64,000 bases of DNA, from NCBI RefSeq assembly GCF_009931435.1, contig NZ_CP043414.1. One strand, 5' to 3'. A program made the position numbers and the translations under genes. Each line of letters begins with the position of its first letter. The stretch's first letter is position 1. Below, piece by piece: positions 56,106 to 64,000 of this stretch. The notes beneath the pieces were generated by a model. That model was given only the letters and a program-made list of their open reading frames with translations, was not told the DNA's origin and did not search any database. Source of the DNA: Escherichia coli. Lineage in GTDB: Bacteria; Pseudomonadota; Gammaproteobacteria; Enterobacterales; Enterobacteriaceae.

Positions 56106-57470
56106 ATGATTAGTGCATTCGATATTTTCAAAATTGGGATTGGACCCTCCAGTTCGCATACCGTGGGGCCGATGAATGCCGGAAAAAGTTTTATTGATCG
56201 GCTGGAAAATAGCGGCTTATTAACCGCGACGAGCCATATTATGGTCGATCTGTACGGGTCGTTGTCACTGACGGGCAAAGGCCATGCCACGGATGTCGCC
56301 ATCATCATGGGACTAGCAGGAAACAGTCCGCAGGATGTTGTTATTGATGAGATCCCTGCATTTATTGAGTTAGTGACGCGCAGCGGGCGGTTGCCGGTGG
56401 CTTCTGGGGCGCATGTTGTTGATTTTCCTGTAGCAAAGAACATTGTTTTCCATCCTGAAATGTTGCCTCGTCATGAGAACGGGATGCGGATTACTGCCTG
56501 GAATGGGCAGAAAGAGCTATTAAGCAAAACTTACTACTCAGTCGGTGGCGGATTTATCGTTGAAGAAGAACACTTCGGTCTGTCGCACGATGTCGAAACC
56601 CTCGTACCTTATGATTTTCACTCAGCAGGTGAACTGCTGAAAATGTGTGATTACAACGGCCTGTCTATTTCTGGCCTAATGATGCACAACGAGCTGGCGC
56701 TGCGCAGCAAAGCGGAAATTGATGCCGGGTTTGCCCGTATCTGGCAAGTGATGCACGACGGCATTGAACGCGGGATGAATACCGAAGGCGTGCTGCCAGG
56801 ACCGCTTAATGTGCCTCGTCGTGCCGTTGCGTTGCGTCGCCAGCTGGTTTCCAGCGATAACATCTCTAACGATCCGATGAACGTCATCGACTGGATCAAC
56901 ATGTACGCGCTGGCAGTGAGTGAAGAAAACGCAGCCGGTGGGCGCGTAGTAACAGCGCCGACCAATGGGGCGTGCGGCATTATTCCGGCTGTGCTGGCTT
57001 ATTATGATAAGTTCCGTCGCCCAGTAAATGAGCGGTCGATTGCCCGCTATCTACTGGCAGCGGGGGCTATTGGCGCGCTGTATAAAATGAACGCTTCCAT
57101 CTCTGGCGCGGAAGTCGGCTGTCAGGGGGAAATTGGCGTGGCCTGTTCAATGGCGGCGGCAGGGTTAACTGAACTACTGGGCGGCAGTCCTGCGCAGGTA
57201 TGCAATGCGGCGGAAATTGCTATGGAGCATAACCTTGGGCTGACCTGCGATCCGGTTGCCGGACAGGTACAAATCCCGTGCATTGAACGTAATGCCATTA
57301 ATGCCGTGAAAGCAGTAAACGCTGCGCGGATGGCGATGCGCCGCACTTCGGCACCGCGTGTTTCACTCGATAAAGTGATCGAGACGATGTATGAAACCGG
57401 CAAAGATATGAACGATAAATACCGCGAAACATCACGCGGAGGATTGGCCATTAAAGTGGTCTGCGGTTGA
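56106..57470 (+). CDS. tdcG: L-serine dehydratase (Fe-S dependent), 454 aa
   Basis: ORF 56100..57470; start set at MISAFDIFKIGIGPSSSHTVGPM. Confidence 0.9.
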   Translation: MISAFDIFKIGIGPSSSHTVGPMNAGKSFIDRLENSGLLTATSHIMVDLYGSLSLTGKGHATDVAIIMGLAGNSPQDVVIDEIPAFIELVTRSGRLPVASGAHVVDFPVAKNIVFHPEMLPRHENGMRITAWNGQKELLSKTYYSVGGGFIVEEEHFGLSHDVETLVPYDFHSAGELLKMCDYNGLSISGLMMHNELALRSKAEIDAGFARIWQVMHDGIERGMNTEGVLPGPLNVPRRAVALRRQLVSSDNISNDPMNVIDWINMYALAVSEENAAGGRVVTAPTNGACGIIPAVLAYYDKFRRPVNERSIARYLLAAGAIGALYKMNASISGAEVGCQGEIGVACSMAAAGLTELLGGSPAQVCNAAEIAMEHNLGLTCDPVAGQVQIPCIERNAINAVKAVNAARMAMRRTSAPRVSLDKVIETMYETGKDMNDKYRETSRGGLAIKVVCG

Positions 57471-57744
57471 CATTGCTGTCAGCTTTCATCCTTGGGTGCA
57501 CAAATGTGCACCTTTTTTTTGTGATCTGACGCAAATAGAGAATGAATATTCTCTTGCGGTTAATTTAGTAGAAAATTCTTATCCATCTCCGTTATTTCAA
57601 AGTCTTGATTGTGAAGATTTTCTCTGACCTCGCGCGTATCATTTCCTTATTCTAATAACTCGCCTGCAAAAATGTAGACCGCATATCGCCTTGATGCGGC
57701 TCGGAAAAAAATAATAAGCCCTACAAAATATTGAGCGAGAAATT

Positions 57745-59076
57745 ATGGAAATTGCATCGAATAAAGGCGTCATTGCAGACGCATCGACCCCGGCAGGTCG
57801 TGCTGGAATGAGTGAGAGCGAGTGGCGAGAAGCGATCAAATTCGACAGTACTGACACCGGCTGGGTGATTATGAGTATCGGGATGGCGATTGGCGCAGGG
57901 ATTGTTTTTCTCCCGGTGCAGGTCGGTTTGATGGGATTGTGGGTATTTTTGCTCTCATCGGTGATTGGTTACCCGGCAATGTATCTGTTTCAGCGGTTGT
58001 TTATTAATACGCTGGCAGAATCACCAGAATGTAAAGATTACCCGAGCGTCATTAGCGGTTATTTAGGTAAAAACTGGGGCATCCTGTTAGGTGCACTCTA
58101 TTTCGTAATGCTGGTGATCTGGATGTTCGTCTATTCCACCGCCATCACCAACGATAGTGCTTCCTACCTGCATACCTTCGGCGTGACGGAAGGGTTGCTG
58201 TCAGACAGTCCCTTTTATGGTCTGGTACTGATTTGCATTCTGGTGGCGATCTCCTCACGCGGCGAGAAATTGTTATTCAAAATTTCGACGGGGATGGTGC
58301 TGACCAAGCTGCTGGTGGTCGCGGCGCTGGGCGTGTCGATGGTGGGAATGTGGCATCTGTATAACGTCGGTTCGCTACCGCCTCTGGGGCTACTGGTGAA
58401 AAACGCCATTATTACTCTGCCGTTTACCCTGACGTCGATTCTGTTTATCCAGACGTTAAGCCCGATGGTGATCTCTTATCGCTCGCGGGAAAAATCCATT
58501 GAAGTGGCGCGGCATAAAGCATTGCGGGCAATGAATATCGCGTTTGGCATTTTGTTTGTCACCGTCTTTTTCTACGCCGTGTCGTTCACGCTGGCGATGG
58601 GACATGACGAAGCGGTAAAAGCCTACGAGCAGAATATTTCCGCGCTGGCAATTGCGGCGCAGTTTATTAGCGGTGACGGCGCAGCGTGGGTGAAAGTGGT
58701 CAGCGTCATTCTTAATATTTTTGCCGTAATGACTGCATTCTTTGGTGTCTATTTAGGTTTTCGCGAAGCAACGCAAGGGATCGTAATGAACATCCTGCGT
58801 CGTAAGATGCCCGCCGAGAAGATTAACGAAAATCTCGTTCAGCGCGGCATCATGATTTTCGCCATTTTACTGGCCTGGAGCGCCATCGTACTGAACGCAC
58901 CGGTGTTGAGCTTCACCTCTATCTGTAGCCCGATTTTCGGCATGGTAGGGTGCTTGATCCCGGCGTGGCTGGTTTACAAAGTACCGGCATTGCACAAATA
59001 CAAAGGGATGTCTCTGTACCTGATTATCGTCACTGGTTTGTTGCTTTGTGTATCTCCGTTCCTGGCATTTTCTTGA
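57745..59076 (+). CDS. cyuP: HAAAP-family amino-acid transporter (cysteine/D-serine importer YhaO/CyuP)
   Basis: 443-aa membrane ORF immediately upstream of cyuA. Confidence 0.85.
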   Translation: MEIASNKGVIADASTPAGRAGMSESEWREAIKFDSTDTGWVIMSIGMAIGAGIVFLPVQVGLMGLWVFLLSSVIGYPAMYLFQRLFINTLAESPECKDYPSVISGYLGKNWGILLGALYFVMLVIWMFVYSTAITNDSASYLHTFGVTEGLLSDSPFYGLVLICILVAISSRGEKLLFKISTGMVLTKLLVVAALGVSMVGMWHLYNVGSLPPLGLLVKNAIITLPFTLTSILFIQTLSPMVISYRSREKSIEVARHKALRAMNIAFGILFVTVFFYAVSFTLAMGHDEAVKAYEQNISALAIAAQFISGDGAAWVKVVSVILNIFAVMTAFFGVYLGFREATQGIVMNILRRKMPAEKINENLVQRGIMIFAILLAWSAIVLNAPVLSFTSICSPIFGMVGCLIPAWLVYKVPALHKYKGMSLYLIIVTGLLLCVSPFLAFS

Positions 59077-59103
59077 TTTACCTGAAATTTTAAGGTTTTT
59101 ATT

Positions 59104-60414
59104 ATGTTTGATTCGACTTTAAATCCGTTATGGCAGCGTTACATCCTCGCCGTTCAGGAGGAAGTAAAACCGGCGCTGGGATGTACTGAACCAATTTCAC
59201 TGGCGCTGGCGGCGGCGGTAGCTGCGGCAGAACTGGAAGGTCCGGTTGAACGAGTAGAAGCCTGGGTTTCGCCAAATCTGATGAAGAACGGTCTGGGCGT
59301 CACCGTTCCTGGCACGGGAATGGTGGGGCTGCCGATTGCGGCGGCGCTGGGAGCGTTAGGTGGAAATGCCAACGCCGGGCTGGAAGTGCTGAAAGACGCA
59401 ACTGCGCAGGCAATTGCCGATGCCAAAGCACTGCTGGCGGCGGGGAAAGTCTCAGTTAAGATCCAGGAACCTTGCGATGAAATCCTCTTCTCACGCGCCA
59501 AAGTCTGGAACGGTGAGAAGTGGGCGTGTGTCACCATCGTCGGTGGGCATACCAACATTGTGCATATTGAGACGCACAATGGCGTGGTGTTTACCCAGCA
59601 GGCCAGTGTAGCAGAGGGCGAGCAAGAGTCGCCACTGACGGTGCTCTCCAGAACGACGCTGGCTGAGATCCTGAAGTTCGTCAATGAAGTGCCGTTTGCG
59701 GCGATCCGCTTTATTCTCGATTCTGCGAAGTTAAATTGTGCGTTATCGCAGGAAGGCTTGAGCGGTAACTGGGGGCTACATATTGGCGCGACGCTGGAAA
59801 AACAGTGTGAACGCGGTTTGCTGGCGAAAGATCTCTCTTCATCCATTGTGATTCGTACCAGCGCGGCATCCGATGCGCGTATGGGCGGCGCTACGCTTCC
59901 GGCAATGAGTAACTCCGGCTCGGGTAACCAGGGGATCACTGCAACAATGCCTGTGGTGGTGGTCGCAGAACACTTCGGGGCCGATGATGAACGGCTGGCG
60001 CGTGCGCTGATGCTTTCGCATTTGAGCGCGATTTACATCCATAACCAGTTACCGCGTTTGTCTGCGTTGTGTGCCGCAACGACAGCAGCAATGGGGGCTG
60101 CTGCTGGGATGGCATGGCTGGTGGATGGGCGTTATGAAACCATCTCGATGGCGATCAGCAGTATGATCGGCGATGTCAGCGGCATGATTTGCGATGGTGC
60201 GTCCAACAGCTGCGCGATGAAGGTTTCGACCAGTGCTTCGGCTGCGTGGAAAGCAGTGTTAATGGCGCTGGATGATACCGCTGTGACCGGTAATGAAGGT
60301 ATTGTGGCGCATGATGTTGAGCAGTCGATTGCCAACCTGTGTGCGCTGGCAAGCCATTCGATGCAGCAAACGGATCGGCAGATTATCGAGATTATGGCGA
60401 GCAAGGCCAGATAA
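59104..60414 (+). CDS. cyuA: L-cysteine desulfidase (UPF0597 / YhaM)
   Basis: 436 aa; Cys-containing motif …[13 protein letters not shown]…. Confidence 0.85.
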   Translation: MFDSTLNPLWQRYILAVQEEVKPALGCTEPISLALAAAVAAAELEGPVERVEAWVSPNLMKNGLGVTVPGTGMVGLPIAAALGALGGNANAGLEVLKDATAQAIADAKALLAAGKVSVKIQEPCDEILFSRAKVWNGEKWACVTIVGGHTNIVHIETHNGVVFTQQASVAEGEQESPLTVLSRTTLAEILKFVNEVPFAAIRFILDSAKLNCALSQEGLSGNWGLHIGATLEKQCERGLLAKDLSSSIVIRTSAASDARMGGATLPAMSNSGSGNQGITATMPVVVVAEHFGADDERLARALMLSHLSAIYIHNQLPRLSALCAATTAAMGAAAGMAWLVDGRYETISMAISSMIGDVSGMICDGASNSCAMKVSTSASAAWKAVLMALDDTAVTGNEGIVAHDVEQSIANLCALASHSMQQTDRQIIEIMASKAR

Positions 60415-60429
60415 ACGCCTGGTTATGGG

Positions 60430-60545
<116 letters not shown>

Positions 60546-60546
60546 T

Positions 60547-60711
60547 TTACGCGGTAGCTTCATCCTCGGCTAAACGCGTTTCAGCATCCGCGACAATGGC
60601 TTCCAGTTCGCTCAACATCTCTTCATAGCCAAAATTATTGGCGGTGCGAGCCGGTTCCTTCGCCACCACGGGCTTCACTGGCTGACGCTTTTTGGCCGAT
60701 TTTTTACTCAT
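60547..60711 (-). CDS. yhaL: small basic protein YhaL (~54 aa), not in the supplied ORF track
   Basis: minus-strand ORF reading M(M)SKKSAKKRQPVKPVVAKEPARTANNFGYEEMLSELEAIVADAETRLAEDEATA*; fits the yhaM-yhaL-yhaK order. Confidence 0.6.
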   Translation of the reverse strand: MSKKSAKKRQPVKPVVAKEPARTANNFGYEEMLSELEAIVADAETRLAEDEATA

Positions 60712-60733
60712 CATCATCTCCCTGTAAAAACAA

Positions 60734-61435
60734 CTAGACAGGCAAATCTATCAGCAAAGCGCGCAGTGGGGAATCGGCAACCAGCGTAATGTTAGCCTCG
60801 TCACGAATAAACGCCCCATCACCGCAGGTCAGCACCGCTTTCTCTTCATGATGCGTAAGCGCATGAAATTGCCCGTGAATCGATTGCAAATACGCGCGTG
60901 GCCCATGCAACTGGAAATTCGCACTTTCGCCTTTGTCTAGCACGATATGATGCAGCCACACTTGCTGGCGCAACTGCAGGCTTCCCATCGCCCCCTCTGG
61001 CGAGGCGATTAATTGCTGCTTGCCCATATCAAGCGCCAGTTTTTGAATCAGCGGATTCTCTCGCTGCGGGCAGGCATCCAGCCAAAGCTGCATCCGTGTT
61101 AACGGTTTGTCTTTGCTGAGATTGTGTTCGCTATAGCTGATACCCGGCTGGGTAGAGAGCAGCAACGCTTCACCTGCGTAGGCCTGAATATGATTGCCTT
61201 CGCTGTCACGATACTCAGCTTCTCCATCCAGAATCACATTTAAAATATCGACTTTGGGATAGGTTCGTGGCTGGAAGGCGGCACCTGGGGCCAGAACTTC
61301 CTGGTTAAGCACACGCAGGGAGGCATAACCTAACAATTTCGGGTCGAAGTAGTGTCCAAAGGAAAAAGTATACCGGGCCTGCAACCATCCGTAGTCTGCT
61401 TGTCCACACTGCCTGGCAGTTCGGGTAGTAATCAT
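60734..61435 (-). CDS. yhaK: pirin-like cupin protein YhaK
   Basis: 233 aa bicupin-type ORF. Confidence 0.85.
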   Translation of the reverse strand: MITTRTARQCGQADYGWLQARYTFSFGHYFDPKLLGYASLRVLNQEVLAPGAAFQPRTYPKVDILNVILDGEAEYRDSEGNHIQAYAGEALLLSTQPGISYSEHNLSKDKPLTRMQLWLDACPQRENPLIQKLALDMGKQQLIASPEGAMGSLQLRQQVWLHHIVLDKGESANFQLHGPRAYLQSIHGQFHALTHHEEKAVLTCGDGAFIRDEANITLVADSPLRALLIDLPV

Positions 61436-61539
61436 AATTCTTGACCTCTCTTTACTTCCTTTTATGGTAAGGGGCTGGACGCTACATTGTTAGCCAGATA
61501 TTCTGCCCGGTATGTTCAAATTTCCTGAATGAGAACGAA

Positions 61540-62436
61540 ATGGCCAAAGAAAGGGCATTAACGCTGGAAGCACTACGGGTTATGGATGCGATCGATCGCC
61601 GGGGCAGTTTTGCGGCGGCGGCGGATGAGCTGGGACGCGTGCCTTCCGCACTTAGCTACACCATGCAAAAACTAGAAGAAGAGCTGGATGTGGTGTTGTT
61701 TGACCGCTCGGGCCATCGCACCAAATTCACCAATGTCGGGCGAATGTTGCTGGAGCGAGGGCGCGTTTTGCTGGAAGCCGCAGATAAACTGACTACCGAT
61801 GCGGAAGCCCTCGCGCGCGGTTGGGAAACGCATCTCACCATTGTGACTGAGGCGCTGGTACCGACACCCGCCTTTTTCCCGTTAATCGACAAACTGGCGG
61901 CAAAAGCCAATACCCAACTGGCAATCATCACCGAAGTGCTGGCGGGGGCGTGGGAACGGCTGGAGCAGGGGCGCGCGGATATTGTTATCGCGCCGGATAT
62001 GCATTTTCGCTCCTCGTCGGAGATCAACTCGCGCAAACTCTATACCTTAATGAACGTCTATGTTGCCGCGCCTGATCACCCGATTCATCAGGAGCCGGAA
62101 CCGTTATCTGAAGTGACGCGCGTGAAATATCGTGGAATTGCGGTGGCGGATACCGCTCGTGAGCGCCCGGTGTTGACCGTACAGCTGCTGGACAAACAGC
62201 CGCGCTTAACGGTGAGCACGATTGAAGATAAACGTCAGGCATTACTGGCGGGGCTTGGCGTGGCGACGATGCCGTATCCGATGGTTGAAAAAGATATTGC
62301 GGAAGGACGGTTGCGTGTCGTCAGCCCGGAATCGACCAGCGAGATCGATATTATTATGGCCTGGCGTCGTGACAGTATGGGGGAAGCGAAATCCTGGTGT
62401 CTGCGGGAAATTCCCAAACTTTTTAGCGGAAAATAA
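61540..62436 (+). CDS. yhaJ: LysR-family transcriptional regulator YhaJ
   Basis: 298 aa; N-terminal HTH …FAAAADELGRVPSALSYTMQKLE…. Confidence 0.88.
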   Translation: MAKERALTLEALRVMDAIDRRGSFAAAADELGRVPSALSYTMQKLEEELDVVLFDRSGHRTKFTNVGRMLLERGRVLLEAADKLTTDAEALARGWETHLTIVTEALVPTPAFFPLIDKLAAKANTQLAIITEVLAGAWERLEQGRADIVIAPDMHFRSSSEINSRKLYTLMNVYVAAPDHPIHQEPEPLSEVTRVKYRGIAVADTARERPVLTVQLLDKQPRLTVSTIEDKRQALLAGLGVATMPYPMVEKDIAEGRLRVVSPESTSEIDIIMAWRRDSMGEAKSWCLREIPKLFSGK

Positions 62437-62449
62437 TATTTGTTATTTT

Positions 62450-62480
62450 TAATAAAAAGGGGCGAAATATCGCCCCAATT
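62450..62480. terminator. bidirectional rho-independent terminator between convergent yhaJ and yhaI
   Basis: aaaaaggggcgaaatatcgccccaattc with flanking A/T runs. Confidence 0.75.
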
Positions 62481-62486
62481 CTAAGA

Positions 62487-62843
62487 TTAATTTGAACCAA
62501 ACTTCGGATCGTTTCCGTAACGATTGCTGCCAGAATTGCCTTCTAAACAGGCAAATACAAACAGAACTAACCAGCCAATGACCGGTACCAGATAGAGAAG
62601 CGCCCACGCACCTGAACGGTCAGTATCGTGCAGACGACGAACGCACAGAGCAATGACCGGAATGATTGTTGCTGCCAGGTAAATGAGAGAAAGGAATGGA
62701 AACTCTAAACCTAAAATCAATTGAATGACATTGATAATAGTGCCGACGATGGCGTTAATCAGAGTAAACATCCAGTACTCTTTACGACGTGCACGACCAG
62801 AGAAACCAACATAATTTTTTAATACGGCTAAATACCACTGCAT
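62487..62843 (-). CDS. yhaI: DUF805 inner-membrane protein YhaI
   Basis: 118 aa; MQWYLAVLKNYVGFSGRARRKEYWMF... Confidence 0.85.
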   Translation of the reverse strand: MQWYLAVLKNYVGFSGRARRKEYWMFTLINAIVGTIINVIQLILGLEFPFLSLIYLAATIIPVIALCVRRLHDTDRSGAWALLYLVPVIGWLVLFVFACLEGNSGSNRYGNDPKFGSN

Positions 62844-63045
62844 AAAAACATCCCTTTAATTAAAAGTTGCGAAAGTCTATTCCGGGGATGGAGTAAATGC
62901 TATTCGTATCTTTCTTTTTCGGATGTTATAAAGGTTTTGATATTTAAGATAAATACATGGTCGTGTTTTATATGTAATTTATATAACGACATTGAAATAA
63001 TTTCAATAAACATTAGGAGATTATTTATTCATCAACATGATGATA

Positions 63046-63075
63046 AAAGCCGGATGAGTCAGACATCCGGCGAGG
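63046..63075 (-). terminator. hairpin terminator downstream of yhaH
   Basis: ccggatgagtcagacatccgg inverted repeat; T-rich tract on the minus strand. Confidence 0.55.
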
Positions 63076-63084
63076 AGATTTGTT

Positions 63085-63450
63085 TTAAGGTTCCAGTTTC
63101 GGATCTGGTCCAAAGCGGTTTTCGCCTGGCGTACCTGCCTGGCAGTTAAAGACGATGATAATCAGCCAGCCGATAAACGGAATTAAGAACAGCAGTGCCC
63201 ACCACGCCGAGCGGTCGGTGTCGTGCAGGCGGCGGAACTGAACTGCCCACCATGGTAAAAACACCAGAATACCGTAGATTGTCGTCAGGATGCCTTCGCC
63301 ACCGGCGCGTTGCCAGCCTAACATTTTATCCAGCAGCCCCAGCACGAACGTAAAGATGATGTTGACCAGAATAAACATCCAGTACTCTTTGCGCCGCGCA
63401 CGGCCCCGGAAACCGACATAATTTTTTAGTACTTTCAGATACCAGTCCAT
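63085..63450 (-). CDS. yhaH: DUF805 inner-membrane protein YhaH (121 aa), paralogue of YhaI
   Basis: ORF 63085..63471; start set at MDWYLKVLKNYVGFRGRARRKEYWMF. Confidence 0.85.
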   Translation of the reverse strand: MDWYLKVLKNYVGFRGRARRKEYWMFILVNIIFTFVLGLLDKMLGWQRAGGEGILTTIYGILVFLPWWAVQFRRLHDTDRSAWWALLFLIPFIGWLIIIVFNCQAGTPGENRFGPDPKLEP

Positions 63451-63544
63451 TTTTGCCTCAATTTTGCTCAATCACTTGTTTTTAAAGCAGCAAATTAAGA
63501 ATAGACGTGAATGAAATGGCAGTAAATATTATCTCGATGAATTA

Positions 63545-63700
63545 ATAAGGCGCTGTGAAGGATAAGGGCAAGCGCAAAATTGCCAGATGCGCTACGCTTA
63601 TCTGGCCTGCGCGGTCATTGCAACATATTGAATATAAATGTTTTGTAGGTTTGATAAGGCGTTTACGCCACATCCGACATGAACAACACGCACTTAGCTA
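63545..63700. repeat. REP palindromic elements
   Basis: gcgctacgcttatctggcctgcgcgg... and gtaggtttgataaggcgtttacgccacatccgacat. Confidence 0.8.
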
Positions 63701-63732
63701 ATTATCAGAGGCACCTCGTAAGGCGCCTTTTT

Positions 63733-64000
63733 TTAACCGAAGCGAACATCTCGTCCGTGCGGTTCATCGAGATCCTGCCACGGACCAATTGAAATAATCC
63801 CCGTAGGGTTGATGGTCTTATGGCTGCGGAAGTAGTGATTACGGATGTGAGCGAAATTGACGGTTTCGGCAATTCCCGGCATCTGGTAGATATCGCGCAG
63901 GAAGCCATACAGATTCAGGTAATCGCTGATGCGGTGCTTATCGCACTTGAAGTGGGTGACATACACCGGATCAAAACGGACCAGTGTGGTCCACAGGCGA
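63733..64000 (-). CDS. yqjG: glutathionyl-hydroquinone reductase (Xi-class GST), C-terminal fragment; 5' end outside window
   Basis: minus-strand frame open to the window edge; translation …ISDYLNLYGFLRDIYQMPGIAETVNF…; position after yhaH. Confidence 0.65.
   Translation of the reverse strand, partial: RLWTTLVRFDPVYVTHFKCDKHRISDYLNLYGFLRDIYQMPGIAETVNFAHIRNHYFRSHKTINPTGIISIGPWQDLDEPHGRDVRFG

Noticed and set aside
59154-59939. 261-aa minus-strand ORF inside cyuA (yhaM)
   Set aside because: Antisense shadow ORF in GC-rich coding DNA

Overview
This window reads as an Escherichia coli chromosomal segment running (on the + strand) truB' - rpsO - pnp - nlpI - deaD - mtr - yhbW - ubiVUT - yhbS/Q/P/O - yraR/Q - dolP - diaA - yraN - lpoA - rsmI - aga/gam cluster - [accessory chb-like PTS locus] - garD/garPLRK - rnpB - yhaC/yhaB - tdcR/tdcABCDEFG - cyuPA (yhaOM) - yhaLKJIH - yqjG'. 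Gene identities rest on the translated ORFs (family motifs, lengths) plus synteny with the K-12 map as I remember it; no database search was run. CDS coordinates come from the supplied ORF track with start codons adjusted by codon arithmetic; the track evidently counts GTG/TTG as starts. Coordinates of non-coding features are approximate (a few nt). The strain is not K-12-like in three places: the aga/gam N-acetylgalactosamine/galactosamine cluster is intact, rsmI abuts agaI with no yraHIJK fimbrial operon between them, and an ~8 kb seven-gene sugar-utilisation locus sits between agaR and garD where I recall K-12 carrying prlF-yhaV. That locus is the best candidate for an undescribed system: an AgaR-like DeoR regulator plus a minus-strand operon EIIB-EIIC-GH4 phospho-glycosidase-YdjC/ChbG deacetylase-Gfo/Idh/MocA oxidoreductase-ROK kinase, with no EIIA and no assigned substrate. 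A second point worth follow-up is the AT-rich yhaB-yhaC(-tdcR) block beside rnpB. No CRISPR array, IS element, integrase or prophage remnant was seen.
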